A DNA stretch of 64,000 nucleotides from Eledone cirrhosa (Eukaryota), in assembly GCA_964016885.1 (NCBI GenBank), contig OZ024743.1:89714001-89778000 (forward strand), written 5' to 3'. The notes beneath the pieces were generated by a model. It did not search any database. It saw only the letters and a program-made list of their open reading frames with translations, and was not told the origin of the DNA. Of this stretch, positions 13,780 to 28,820 are shown piece after piece. The position numbers were made by a program, and so were the translations under genes. The number at the start of each line of letters is the position of its first letter. The stretch's first letter is position 1.

Positions 13780-13850
13780 CATATATATGTATACATACAT
13801 ATATATATGCATATATGTATACATATATGTATACACACATATACACACAC

Positions 13851-13900
<50 letters not shown>

Positions 13901-13901
<1 letters not shown>

Positions 13902-14072
13902 CTTTCACTCCGGGAAATTGCCTTCATCAGCTGCCAGTTGGAGATGTCAACTAATTCGGAGTTTCCGACGGGATTGCTACTCCATAGATACGAAGCATTA
14001 TTGATGCTGCCAGCGAGGACAAGCTTTATAGCCCAACAAGAGAGATCATATATAACATGAAACACACACATC
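13901..14072 (-). mobile_element. TA-embedded fragment with 5' half of a hammerhead
   Basis: Minus strand: CAG-CTGATGA-AGGCAATTT...AAAGTT, truncated by (TA)n before stem II closes. Confidence 0.4.
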
Positions 14073-14186
14073 ATATATATAAATTATATATTATATGATA
14101 TATATATATGTATATGTATTATATATACATACATACACACACATATATATATATATATACAAATATTTACACACATACATACACAC

Positions 14187-14226
<40 letters not shown>

Positions 14227-14581
14227 ATACACACATACACACACATACATATATACATATATATATATATACATATGTATATATATACACATATATACAC
14301 ACATACATACACACACACATATATACACATATATATATACACATATATACATACATACATTCATGCACACATACACACACACACATACATACAAACACAT
14401 ACATATACATACATATACATATATACACTCACACATCCATCCATACAAGTGTACATACGCACATACACACATATATACATACACACTCATATATATGCAT
14501 GCACACACATATGCATACACACACATACATACATGCACATATGCATACATACATGCACACACACAAATATATATATATATA

Positions 14582-14953
14582 TATTAATATTAAAATACAA
14601 ATATTAATAAAATAGATGTTCTTTTGATCAATTACATTTTATTATACATATTCCGGAGGTACAACAGTACGTCCTCATCAGACAAAATATAATGATACAT
14701 GACATACCCTGAGATGTTAAATGGTTAAGATTTAAACAAGGTATGTCATGTATCATTGTATATTGTCTGATGAGGACGTACTGTTGTACCTCCGAAATAT
14801 GTATAATAAAATGTAATTGATCAAAAGAACATCTATTTTATTAATATTTGTATTTTAATATTAATAACTCTGGAAAATTATTTTAACCATAGAGTGCTTC
14901 CAATCTACTGTAAAACTCATTCTCTGATGTACTCATTGAATCTTGTTTAACTC

Positions 14954-14958
<5 letters not shown>
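14582..14958 (+). mobile_element. Family B TA-embedded hammerhead cassette with ~125-bp inverted arm
   Basis: Arms 14582-14708 and 14740-14866. The HHR is intact in the right arm; the left-arm copy has GAAA mutated to GGAA. Confidence 0.85.
14759..14813 (+). ncRNA. Type-I hammerhead ribozyme
   Basis: CTGATGA at 14767-14773; GGA-C-GTAC-TGTT-GTAC-C-TCC; GAAA at 14794-14797; T-ATGT-ATA; stem I TATATTGT/ATAAAATG with one mismatch. Confidence 0.75.
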
Positions 14959-14985
<27 letters not shown>

Positions 14986-14989
<4 letters not shown>

Positions 14990-15169
14990 GTTTCTACTTT
15001 TGGCACAAGGCCACCAATTACCCAGTGCATTACTGGTACTTTATTTTATCGACCCCGTAAGGATGAAAGGCAAAGTTAACCTTGGCGGGATTTGAACTCA
15101 GAATGGCAAGGACTGTAACTCTATGCGTCAAAGCATGACGTCCGACCCTCTACCGATACTGCCAATCCA
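14986..15169 (-). mobile_element. tRNA-derived SINE (Meta-like core)
   Basis: Reverse complement of the family consensus. Confidence 0.9.
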
Positions 15170-15179
15170 AATACACGCT

Positions 15180-15705
<526 letters not shown>

Positions 15706-15834
15706 GGGGCTTGTGTGGACTTATCAATGCATAATTTGAGTGAATGAAGTGTTTGTCACAATAATATTATAGTCTTTCATTGACAATAACAAACATATCA
15801 GTGAGGCAGTCATAAGGTGACTACTCCCCCTCCC

Positions 15835-15904
<70 letters not shown>

Positions 15905-15981
15905 ATACAACTTGAACAGGCAAATGAGTATATATATTGACAGATAGAAACATACACATATGTGTATATAAAGAGAGATAC

Positions 15982-16015
<34 letters not shown>

Positions 16016-16145
16016 GAAAAGTTATATTTAAATTGTTGGGTTAACAACGAGTAAATATTTATAACTGATATAAAAGCACTCAACAAGTATTTGGAGTATA
16101 TTTATGATATTAAATAAATGGAAACTATATTTATAAAACCATATT

Positions 16146-16211
16146 TATTTCGTTATATATATTTCAGGGATATCATATTAACAATATGTTATGCCTTCTT
16201 CAGACAAAATA
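16146..16211 (-). ncRNA. Type-I hammerhead ribozyme in family A cassette (16013-16273)
   Basis: Minus strand: TATTTTGT-CTGAAGA-AGG-C-ATAACATATT..AATATGATAT-C-CCT-GAAA-T-ATAT-ATA-ACGAAATA. Confidence 0.8.
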
Positions 16212-16270
16212 CAATATAAACAGTCTTATAAATAAATAGATACGACATGCCTTTCAATCACCTTGCATTT

Positions 16271-16362
<92 letters not shown>

Positions 16363-16412
16363 CTATTATATACTATTAAATATATTTGTATGTATATAAA
16401 GAGAGTTACTAT

Positions 16413-16480
<68 letters not shown>

Positions 16481-16607
16481 CAGCTGGTTGTGTTCTGGTA
16501 TGTTTATAGTGTCAGAAAGTGAATAGAGAAAAGCGATAAACTAATAGGTATACAAACATCAGAAATAGATATAGTATTTTGCGTGTGTATAAGTTTGAGT
16601 ATGTATG

Positions 16608-16704
<97 letters not shown>

Positions 16705-17178
16705 CGTGCCTGTATATATATATATATATATATATAGTGGCAAAATCTGATTATTGCATGCACTTGTTTTAAAACACAAAATTACATTTGCATAAAATAA
16801 CAATCTACCCTCCCACCCGTACACAGATATATATGGGTGTATATACATATGTATATAAATTTATATATACATATGTATATATATATTTATATATACATAT
16901 GTATATATATATTTATATATACATATGTATATAAATTTTTATATACATATGTATATATATATTTATATATACATATGTATATATATATATGTATTTATTT
17001 ATATATTACTTACATTTGGAATTCCTTGTATTCTAAAGTTGGTGAATCGATATTTTCCTCTTCTTCCATGGTGTTGTAAATTGTTCAGAATATGAAGTAA
17101 TCGTCTTAAAGAAGCAGGTATGTTCACCTGTATATACACCTGCACACAAGGTGTTAAGTATACATAATGCTGCATATA

Positions 17179-17241
<63 letters not shown>

Positions 17242-17534
17242 TTGTGTGTGTGTGTGAGTATATGTTTGTAGCGCCTTAGTACTAAATAAATTGTGTGTGG
17301 TTAGATGTGTTAATTATTTTATATATGCAAGTGTTTAGATGCAGTTGTGCACTCTGTATGTTATTGATATCAATGGAACGGCATCCATGCAACCATGCAC
17401 ATGTGCAACAGAGCATGGCCGTGTGTACCTATAGATAAAACACGTGGGTCCCCTACTGTGAGAAATCCGGGAGACTTTAAAAGTTTTAACTTATCTAAGT
17501 CATATGAGTGTATGTATGCATATATGTATGTGTA

Positions 17535-17593
<59 letters not shown>

Positions 17594-17655
17594 GTTTATA
17601 TGTATGTTGGTGTAATTACATATATATATATACGTTTCTATGTATGTGTAATTAA

Positions 17656-17689
<34 letters not shown>

Positions 17690-17889
17690 ATACACGTGCG
17701 TATGTTTGTATGTATAAAGGTATTTATTTACTTATGTGTATATATAAATATGTGTGTGTATATATGTGATGTATTGAAGCAGTGCTCCAGCGTGTAAACA
17801 CGGTGGTTTGCACCCTCACAGAAGCTACGTAAGTATCTATATACACATATATATATACACATATATATACACATATGTATATACACATA

Positions 17890-18480
<591 letters not shown>

Positions 18481-18721
18481 ATATATATGTTTTATATGCA
18501 TGTACAGAAATTAATTCGGGGTGTAGAGACACAGTGTATACGTTAAATCTTCCAGTGCGTAAGGTAGCTAGTAAAAATCCACGTGTTTCTTCCTGTAGTA
18601 AAACTCCTTTTCCACAAATCTGGTACTCCAATGGGTATGTTGTTTCTTACATGTGTGGGTGTTTGTGTTTGTGTTTGTGTATGTATATGTATGTATATAT
18701 ATATAAGTATATGTATGTAAG

Positions 18722-18762
<41 letters not shown>

Positions 18763-18897
18763 GTATATATGTATGTATGTATGTGTATGTTTGTATATAT
18801 ATATATGTATGTATGTATATATGTATGTATGTATGTGTATGTTTGTGTATATATATGTATGTATGTATGTATGTATATATAAGTATATGTATGTAAG

Positions 18898-18936
<39 letters not shown>

Positions 18937-19006
18937 ATATGTATGTATGTATGTGTATGTTTGTGTATATATATGTATGTATGTATATATAAGTATATGT
19001 ATGTAA

Positions 19007-19080
<74 letters not shown>

Positions 19081-19206
19081 ATGTATGTATGTATGTATGT
19101 ATGTATGTATGTATGTATGTATGTATATGTGTGTGTGTTTGTGTATATATATATATGTATGTATGTATGTATATGTGTGTATATATATATATAAAGAAAG
19201 AGGAGA

Positions 19207-19238
<32 letters not shown>

Positions 19239-19561
19239 GTGTGTGTTTGTGTGTCTATGTCTGTAATATATTAAAAACTAAGTTAGAAGGACGGTGTTAC
19301 ACTATCTTAAACTAGTATTCTACGCATGTAATAGACGGAAGCTACATGAGTGGGGGAGGAGGTGGAGGGGGGAGGGGGAATCGATCTCACGTCAACGTTA
19401 TGTACACTTCACTGACAGCTCTTCGCTGTTACCTTGACGTGTGTGTGTGTGTGTGTGTGTATGTGTGTATATCTGTGTGTGTATATGTGTGTGTGTGGAT
19501 GTGTGCGTATATGTGTATATATTTGTGTATATGTGTGTGTGGATGTGTGTGTGTATATATA

Positions 19562-19595
<34 letters not shown>

Positions 19596-19987
19596 GATGC
19601 GTCTGTGTGTATATGCGTATATATTTGTGTATGTATGTGTTGTGTGTGTGTGTATGTGTATAGATGAACAGGTGGGTGGGTGATGTAAATCAATGATTGA
19701 AGAGTCACTCCAACGAGAGAATGCACGGCCTCGGTGTGTTTTTGACCAAGCGATCGTGATTGGTCAGATCTCGTTCAATTTGATCTTACGACACACACAC
19801 ACACACACACACACGCATTGAGTACTCTCCACAATATTACACCAAGATTGACCATACGGAATTCTATCCAGTGGTGAACCAACAAACCTAAAGATATATA
19901 TATATATATAAATATATGTGTGTGTATATATATATATATATTACATATGTTATATATATATATTATATATATATATATATAAATATA

Positions 19988-20020
<33 letters not shown>

Positions 20021-20313
20021 TACATATGTTATATATATATATATTATATATATATAATTTGTGTGTGCTTATGTCAGTATGTGTCAGTGAGTGTGTGTAT
20101 GTCAGTGTTTGTGAGTGTGTGTTTGTGTGTGTATGTGCTCATGTGGAACATCAACAAGAACAACAACAACAACAACAACAGCAGCAGCAGCAGCAGCACG
20201 AGCAATGATAAGAGAGTGTGAGACGTGACTGGGAAGAGAAGAGATTCAAATGAAAGTGGCGGAAATGTTAAGAAGTTCTGCAGGAATGTCTAGATAGAGA
20301 GAGGGGGGAGGGC

Positions 20314-20361
<48 letters not shown>

Positions 20362-20456
20362 GGGGGGTCAGAGAGAGAGAGGCGGCGTTGAGAGAGAGAA
20401 GGGGATGAGAGAAGAAGATAAGGGCTGTCGTTGTTGATGATAATATTGATGGTGGT

Positions 20457-20582
<126 letters not shown>

Positions 20583-20816
20583 TGTGTGTGATTGTCAATA
20601 TGGGTAATTAACAGCACGAATCTGAGTGTGTGTCTGTATGTATATATGTATATCAATGTGTGTGTGTGTATATATGTATATGTATATATATAAATATATA
20701 TATATATTTATGTATATTTGTATATATATGTATATATATATATATTTGTATATATGTATTTATATATATGTATGTATATATATATGTATATATATATGTA
20801 TATATATATATGTATA

Positions 20817-20881
<65 letters not shown>

Positions 20882-21169
20882 ATATAATTGTATGTGGGAC
20901 GGTCTCAGTGTGTGTGTGTGTGTGGTTGACTTCTTATAGTTGTGAATTCAAAGGTGGTTTATTTTTATACATCGACACCTCCTCCCACCCCACCAACCTG
21001 GCCGATGATATTCTCTCGAAATGTGTATGTGTGTATGAGAAAATGTATGTATATATGTGGATGTGAAAATGTATGTGTATATGTATGCGTGTGAATGTGA
21101 AAATGTATGTATATGTGTGTATGTGAACATGTATGTAAATACGATTGTTTGTAATATGGATGAATGGGG

Positions 21170-21624
21170 AGGTGCGAAAGAGGTTGTATGGTAGACGAGG
21201 TTAAAAGGGCTGAGGTCAGACACCTTTCTCTCTGGCCAACAACTGATTCTTTTGTTCAAATACCACTTTGGAAGAAGAATCAGGATGGAGAGAGAGGTGC
21301 TGTACCCCAGCAAGTTTTATGAAAGGTGGGTGAAAGTGGCGAGAATGGCCCGAGTGAATGGGCCTTCTCTCTATATCAGCCTGTAGGTTGAGGAAAAGGA
21401 GGAGGAGAGGAAAGGGGTACTCACTCTTCGTACTCTTGGAGATGAGGGTTGCACAAGTTTTCGGGGGTATGTGTTAGCCATATGTAATGTCTCCCCCTAT
21501 TGGGGAAAATCGATTAATTTTTAAATTGCATTTGTGATAGTATTTTACACGTTTTTATTGTATGTGAACTTCCCCCTTTGTATTTGTCCCCTTATTTTGT
21601 GCCCCTGTGGCTAATAAAGAAACA

Positions 21625-21665
<41 letters not shown>
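21170..21665 (+). pseudogene. 3' end of Tx1/L1-like LINE
   Basis: Translates AKEVVW*TRLKGL...FKYHFGRRIRMERE...FYERWVKVAR. AATAAA at ~21613 is followed by (TCTA)n. Homologous to 49700-50205. Confidence 0.6.
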
Positions 21666-21930
21666 GTGTATGTGTGTATGTGTGTATATTGCATAGGTTA
21701 TGAGTGTGTAGGTAAAGGTAATGCTAAGATCTTGTAGAGGTGAAAGCAAACCGTGTTGTTGTTGTTGTTGTAGTAGTAGTAGAAGAAGGCGGAGGTGGAG
21801 GAGATGGTGACTGCCTCAGTTGTCCAGAAACAGTAACGGGCATGTTCCTCCTTCTTTCCTCCGTCGACCTGGCTTGTGTATCTAGGAATTAGAGAGAAAA
21901 GAAGAAATATCACCTGCCTGCTGATCACAT

Positions 21931-21962
<32 letters not shown>

Positions 21963-22074
21963 TATATTTATAATATATATATATATATGTATATATATTT
22001 ATATATATGTATATATATAAATATAAGTATGTATATCAGCCGTACTAAGAGTGAGAAATGAAATTTCATTTTTT

Positions 22075-22106
<32 letters not shown>

Positions 22107-22108
<2 letters not shown>

Positions 22109-22499
22109 TGATATTAAATAAATGGAAACTATATTTATAAAACCATATTTATTTTATTATATATATTTCAAGGGCAACCAAGACAACCTTGGTGCGCTTT
22201 CATCAGATAAAATACAAAGTTTGTTTTATAAATAGAGACGTACCCATGAAAATCATACCTTATCGGTTGGAAATTCACTGGGTAGTCTATTTGGTATTTT
22301 ATCTGATGAAAGCGTACCAATGTTGTCTTGGTTGCCCTTGAAATATATATAATAAAATAAATATGGTTTTATAAATATAGTTTCCATTTATTTAATATCA
22401 TTGAATATTTACTCCAATAAACTGTCCAGTGCTCTAAATCAGTTATAAACATTTATGTTTGTCGGACATCCAACAAATTAAATACAACTTCTACTTAAA
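22107..22499 (+). mobile_element. Family A cassette with two intact hammerheads in inverted arms
   Basis: Arms 22107-22218 and 22291-22403. HHRs at 22150-22214 (-) and 22295-22359 (+). (TA)n flanks. Confidence 0.85.
22295..22359 (+). ncRNA. Type-I hammerhead ribozyme
   Basis: Perfect 8-bp stem I TATTTTAT/ATAAAATA; CTGATGA; stem II AAG-C-GTACCAA..TTGGTTGC-C-CTT; GAAA-T-ATAT-ATA. Confidence 0.82.
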
Positions 22500-22892
22500 T
22501 ATATATATATATATATATATAAACACGTTTATATATATAGAGAGAGAACGAGAGAGAGGGGGAGAGAGCAGCGTAGCACTTATGATAATAATAATAAGCT
22601 AAATAAAACATGTCATGTGTAAATAGCAAACAATTTTTCAGGTACAGACTAAAGAACTAAATATAAAAACGAGATTCATCTGAATTAGAAGTGTAATACT
22701 CCAAGGTGACTTTCACTTCCACTCCTGGCACAACCACCTTTAACTGAGATGGTAAAGGCCACAATCAAACTAACTTTGGTTTATGGATCAACTTAATTTG
22801 TACACTGCAGATAATAAACTGAAAACACTTCGACAGATAGTACACGGATTAACCAGGAAGAAAATTCGGATTAGAATAATGCACCAAGGCAA

Positions 22893-23140
22893 CTCTGGGC
22901 ATGTGGCTAGAATGTCTCAGGAAAGAATCACTGAACAGATTTTACAGTCAAAACCAATCGGCAGGAGATCCGAGCATATAGTTGTATAACATCCATGTCT
23001 TGGTTGGTCTGCCTTGGAGATCCAGTTGGATCAGCTGGAGATGGTTGCTTCTGATAGGACCCGCTGGAAAGAGTGTTTGAGGACTCTGCCCCCACTGCGC
23101 CCTCTCAGGAATAAGTGAGCGAAGACGAAGAAAAAGAAGA
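22893..23140 (+). pseudogene. 3' end of RTE-type LINE with (GAA)-rich tail
   Basis: GHVARMSQERITEQILQSKPIGRR...VASDRTRWKECLRTLPP. Homologs at 30795, 42302 and 62150. Confidence 0.7.
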
Positions 23141-23650
23141 TTTGACCAAAACATAGACATACAAATACCTAAGAATCAATGACCTAGATAATGTATGATG
23201 CATAAAAGGAAATATGAGGGAACGCTATAGACGCATTAGATTAATAATTAGAACAGAGCTAAATGCTAAATAAGATAATAGGTATCAATATTCTAGCTGC
23301 CCAAATAATTGTTTCTACTTTTGGCACAAGGCCAGCAATTGCCCAGTACATTACTGGTACTTTATTTTATCGACCTCGTAGGATGGAAGGCAAAGTTAAC
23401 CTCGACGGGATTTGAAATCAGACCGTAAAGGAACGTAACTCTGCTGGAAATCATGGCGTCCGACCCTCTACCGAAGTTATAGTTATATTCTTAGTTTGAT
23501 GCTAAATGAGAAAACAAGACTAAACAGAGAAAGAAAGAAAACTAATTATATGGAAAGGTATTTACTAAAAATACAGAGATATAAAGGCCTTGAGTAACTA
23601 GGAAACCTTTATAAAATATCCACTGTGGGGTCACAAAAATATCTAATAGA
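23140..23650 (+). pseudogene. R4/Dong-clade non-LTR retrotransposon RT/thumb remnant, interrupted by a SINE
   Basis: Fragments read YKYL, YRRIRLIIRTELNAK, KIIGINILAA and GLE*LGNLYKISTVGSQKYL. Confidence 0.6.
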
Positions 23651-24861
23651 AATAATTGTTTCTACTTTTGGCACAAGGCCATCAATTGCCCAGTACATTA
23701 CTGGTACTTTATTTTATCGACCCCGTAAGGATGGAAGGCAAAGTTAACCTCGACGGGATTTGAAATCAGACTGTAAAGGGACGTAACTGTGCTGCAAAGC
23801 ATGGCGTCCGACCCTCTACCAATACTGCCAATCCACCACCTTTTTGCCAATTTACCACCTTTTATATCTAATAGAAATAATTGTTTCTACTTTAGGCACA
23901 AGGCCAGCAATTACCCAGTACATTACTGGTACTTTATTTTATCGACCCCGTAAGGATGAAAGACAAAGTCAACCTCGGCGGGATAATAATGGTTTCTGAT
24001 TTAGGCACAAGGCCAATAATTTTAGGAGAAGAGGAAAGTCGACCCCAGTGCGTTACTGGTAATTTATTATCCTGATCCTTTACGGAAAAATAGTACCAGC
24101 TAACTATTGGGGCCAATTTAATCGACTTCCTCCTCTCCAAAAATTGTTGGCCTTGTACGTAAATTAAAAACCCTTATTATAATCAATAAGGTAGTGGATT
24201 GACAGTAATGGGTAGAGCATCGGACAACATGCTTCGTGGCATATAGTTACGGCCCTTTACGTTCTTATTTTAAATCACGCCGAGGTTAGCGTTGCCTTTC
24301 ATCCTTACTGAGTCGATAAAATACAGTACCAGTCACATACTGGGGTCGATTTATCGACTTTCCTCTCCCCAAATTGCTGGCCTTGAGCCAATAGTAGAAA
24401 TCATTATTATTATTATTATTATTATTATTGTTGACGGGCGTGGGTTGGCAGTATCGGTAAAGCGTCAGAGACACCATGCTTTGCAGCAGAGTTATGGCCC
24501 TTTACGTTCTCAATTCAAATCCTGCTGAGGTTAATTTTGCCTTTCCTCCTTACGGGGTCGATAAAATACAGTACCAGTCACACACTGGGGTAGATTTAAT
24601 CGACTTTTCCCTCCCCCAAATTTCTGGCCTTGTGCCTATATAAGAAACCATTATTATAGTTATTGTTAAGAGGGCAGTGGATTGGCAGTATCGGTAGAGG
24701 GTCGGACGCCATGCTTTGACGCTTAGTTACGGCCCTTTCCATTCTGAGTTCAAACCCCCCCGAGGTTAACTTTGCCTTTCATCCTTACGGGGTCGATAAA
24801 ATAAAGTACCAGTAATGCACTGGGTAATTGCTGGCCTTGTGCCAAAAGTAGAAACAATTAT
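23306..24861. mobile_element. Cluster of about 7 Meta-like SINE copies (minus at 23306, 23652, 23877, ~23985; plus at 24190, 24436, 24671)
   Basis: Repeated A/B-box, core and tail motifs, separated by (TTA)-rich linkers. Confidence 0.85.
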
Positions 24862-25889
24862 AGTTATTGTTGCTGTTTACAATTCCTATATTTGAGTTAT
24901 CTGTATTTCCAGATATGTGTATTTGAATAAGTTCTATATTTCATTGAAATTAATTAATTAATAATTAATAATTTCTATATTTCATCATATTTGGTGACTG
25001 ATAAGTCTATCAGGAGTTTTTTGGGTTTTTTCGTCTTTGACAACAATATCTGGTCGATTAGCCTTGATCTCCCTATTTCTGTGAGGATTGGAATATTGCA
25101 GATTTTTGTCACTGTCATTCTCGGAGGTGTTTTCAGATCTATGTTGAGATCTCTTTTCTTTTCGGATTTACTTATACTGGCATAATTTCCTACTCACGAC
25201 CATCGGCACACAGAGTCGGCTACCCGAGCTGGAATGGCTCTTCCAGCGCGTCTCCCTTACTATCCTCCAGGGAAACACCTTCTCTCTACTGTCCGCCGGT
25301 GTCGTAGGGCGGCCAACGTGTGGGACCCCATTTGCTTATAATAGTGAGAGATGGGGAGAGTGGTAAATACGGATCAATGACAGTGAGAGCTTGGTTCTAT
25401 TATGTTCGGACCTGGTGTATATATGTATGTATATCTACCATACCACATTAACTGTATATTAGAAACTATTCTAGATGACAGGTATGTAGGGCTTTAACAC
25501 AAATATGTATTTATTGAAAATTAACCTAGAATAAAAACTTCAACATTTCCAGTGTATGAAAACGCCAACATTGTCATATCTGTGAATATATTACATTTTG
25601 GCTAAGACAGGGCAACTGAAGACAATGTAGTTACTTTCTTCTTCCCCATCTCCACATATTCTGAAAATGCGCCATGCAATCTGCTTCGTTACATGTTTCG
25701 GGGATTTCTGGTGATGAAGCTTTGATCTCGTGTTGCAATCAAGTATCTTTCAGTCCCAACTTTGTGTCCCGTGCTTCTTAACCAATATTGCCAGAATGTT
25801 TGTTGTTGTTGTACAATTCTACCCTGTTCACTTTTTTTATCTTTTCTGTCTTCTCATCTGGACCATATTAACATCATTATTGACAGTAG

Positions 25890-26290
25890 AGCGGTGGATT
25901 GGCAGTATCGGTAGAGGGTCTGACGCCATGATTTGCAGCAAAGAGTTACGGCCCTTTATGGTCTGAGTTCAAATCCCGCCAAGGTTAACTTTGCCTTTCA
26001 TCCTTATGGAGTCGATAAAATAAAGTACCAGCAATGCACTGCATAATTGCTGGCCTTGTGCCTAAAGTAGAAACAATTATTATAATTATTTAATAGGGCG
26101 GTGGACTGGCAGTATCGGTAAAGAGTCGGATGCCATGCTTTGACGCATAGAGTTACGGCCCTTTCCATTCTGAGTTCAAATCCCGCCAAGGTTAACTTTG
26201 CCTTTCATCCTTACGGGGTCGATAAAATAAAGTACCAGTAATACACTGGGATAATTGCTGGCTTTATGCCAAAAGTAGAAACAATTGTTA
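25890..26290 (+). mobile_element. Two tandem Meta-like SINE copies
   Basis: 25890-26082 and 26095-26290 match the consensus. Confidence 0.9.
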
Positions 26291-26754
26291 TAAATATTTC
26301 TTCGACAGTTTCAAGCTAGTTTCCACTACATATCTACTTGCATCTCCGTGTTCCTGGGGTGTGTACAGCATTGTGATTTTATATTTAGGTGGTGGAGAGT
26401 ATAGACTTAATGGACTGCTTAAGTTTTGTTTAGTTTTTGTATTGGAGCTTAACTTACAGATTCTGGTGTTATTTTAGTTTTTGTTCCCTGTAATATGAGT
26501 TGTATTATTTTGTTGGGCGGTGAATATATTTCCTATGTGCTGTGTAATAGGTGTTATGTGTCTCAGCACGGTTTGTGGCTTGCGTAGCGTTAATGAGCTG
26601 CGGTTGTGTAGAAGGCTTCTTATGTGAGTTATTGGCGTCGGAGTCTCAAGCATCGATTATATAAGAGTATGTGTGTATGTTTCTCTTTCTCTTAATTTCG
26701 CGTACATTTTTGACCGGCCACCTTCCTGGTGGCAAGGTTGTAAAAGAAAAGAAA

Positions 26755-27405
26755 TTGCCATCCCTTGAATCGCAAGAATGTTTGGCAAATTTTGAAGGTG
26801 CCATCTATCGCAGCCATTTGTAGTCTATGAATTAGGGAGCTGCGCTCTTTGTCCACAAATACAAGTTCAGTTATACTTTGATCCAAGCGGGCTGGTATAT
26901 AACCTGTAGCTCCAATAATGATGGGTATGAAGCTGAAGTATCTTGGCTACTGGATCTGCAAACTCCTCACCAATGGTCCGTAGATATCCTCCTTCTCCTG
27001 TATTTTTCTTACAACGTTGACATCAAGTGGGCAGCTGATCTCTACAACAGAGCACGTGTCTCAAACAACAATATCAGGCCGGTTGTGCTTTAATTTGGAG
27101 GCAGTTTTTATTTTCAGGTTCCACCAGTATTCCTTAGTGCCATCTAACTCAACAGATTCCTCCTCATTTGTTTTTAATTTTGTTTTCCTGAGTGCGTTCC
27201 AGATGGTTCTAGCTATCCCATCGTGTCTCATGGGGAGGTAGTAACGAGATGACATTCTTTCACGGTTGGCAATAATGTGGCTAACATCTTCGATCTTTGT
27301 TTTACATAGCCTACATTTATTGTCGACTGATGGCCCTCCTCTTTTGTGTAGCAGATATTTGATAGGGATTTCTTGTTCCTGTACTGCATAGAAATAAACT
27401 TGTCG
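26755..27405 (-). pseudogene. R4/Dong-clade retrotransposon C-terminus (CCHC knuckle plus restriction-like endonuclease)
   Basis: AVQEQEI..KCRLCKTKIEDVSHI..RHD..WWN..HNRPDIVV*D..VVEISCP..EKEDIYGPL..IPIIIGATG, with in-frame stops. Confidence 0.85.
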
Positions 27406-27409
27406 GAGC

Positions 27410-27566
27410 TCCATGCTTTGACGCAAAGAGTTACGGCCCTTTCCATTCTGAGTTCAAATCCCGCCGAGGTTAACTTTGCCTTTCATCCTTACGGGGTCGA
27501 TAAAATAAAGTACCAGTAATGCACTGGGTAATTGCTGGCCTTGTGCCAAAAGTAGAAACAATTATT
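27410..27566 (+). mobile_element. Meta-like SINE, 5'-truncated
   Basis: Consensus core and tail. Confidence 0.85.
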
Positions 27567-27619
27567 TCCTTCGTGTCCATAAACTTGTCCCCCCCCCCCC
27601 CCACACACACATCCAATAA

Positions 27620-28020
27620 ATCCGGTCTTGCATAACTGTCGTAAATTACTGATTTTCTGTAGTTCCCCTACTCGATAATCTATAACACACGTCATCGAAA
27701 CGAGTGTTATGGATTTACAATATTCTTTTATCTCATTACTGTTGGTACGGTTTTTACCTTCAAAGGCCCTCGTCCGATTTATCTCGATTTCTAGATCCTT
27801 CAATTTTGACGGTTTTTCCACTGCGTTTCTGTCAATACTTTGATCAGAAGAGAGTGTGTTGTCGATCTGAGTGCATCTATTATTTTTTTCGCAGTCATTG
27901 ATTACTATATTTGGACGATTTGCCGTGACACCCTTGTGTATGGGTATATCCAAGATTATTGTGCTCAGTTAAGCCATTGTCATCTACCATGTTTAGTAAC
28001 CCTTTGGCATTTACATTACT
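27620..28020 (-). pseudogene. Second R4/Dong-type RLE remnant
   Basis: DIPIHKGVTANRPNIVINDCEKNNRCTQID..SDQSI..EKPSKLKDLEIEI. Confidence 0.7.
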
Positions 28021-28285
28021 CTATATATTTACTATTATATTTTCGTAGTAAAGGCTTTACCTCACATAATATAGAATCTATAAGATTTTCATATTATTTA
28101 TTTTCAGTGGCAGGTTACAGCCAGTTTGAACAGAAAGAGGTGAGAGAATTCTGGCTGGATTCATCCGGTTTAAATGCTAATGAGGCAAATGTACCACTTG
28201 TCTGTTGCTATATCGATAGTTTGACATATTGCTCAGTGCATATAGCTGTCAAATCGGTCGTGTATGCTTATATATGTATTATTAT

Positions 28286-28820
28286 TAACTTTGCCTTTCA
28301 TCCTTACGAGGTCGATAAAATAAAGTACCAGTAATACACTGGGTAATTGCTGGCCTTGTGCCAAAAGTAGAAACAATTATTATAGATAGAGGCTGGGGTG
28401 TATTGGCTGAATCGTTAGAGCGTTGGACAAATTGCTTTGTAGTATTTCTTTCGCTTTTTACATCGCTTTTTACATTCTGAATTCAAATCACGCCGAGGTC
28501 AACTTGCCTTTCATCCTCCTGAGGTAAAATAAAATACCAGTTAAATACTAGGATCGATATAAATCGACTTTCCCATCCTCCAAATTGCTGGCCTTGTGCC
28601 TAAATTAGAAATCAATATTTGTAGTTGTAGGCTGAATTGATACAGTCGGATCAAATGTTTTGCAGTATTTAGTTACGACTTTCAACGTTATGAGTTCAAA
28701 ACCCACGAAGGTAAATTTGACGTTCATCTTTTCGGGGTCAATAAAATAAAGTACAAGATAAGTAATAGCCTCGATTTAATCGACTTTTCCCTTCACCCAA
28801 AATGCTGGCCTTGGACCAAT
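28286..28820 (+). mobile_element. Three SINE copies (one young fragment, two older long-form)
   Basis: Core and tail motifs are repeated. The long form carries an extra GTCGATTTAATCGAC hairpin. Confidence 0.75.

Noticed and set aside
20150-20205. Poly-Q/poly-N coding tract
   Set aside because: (CAA)n(CAG)n microsatellite without splice or ORF context.
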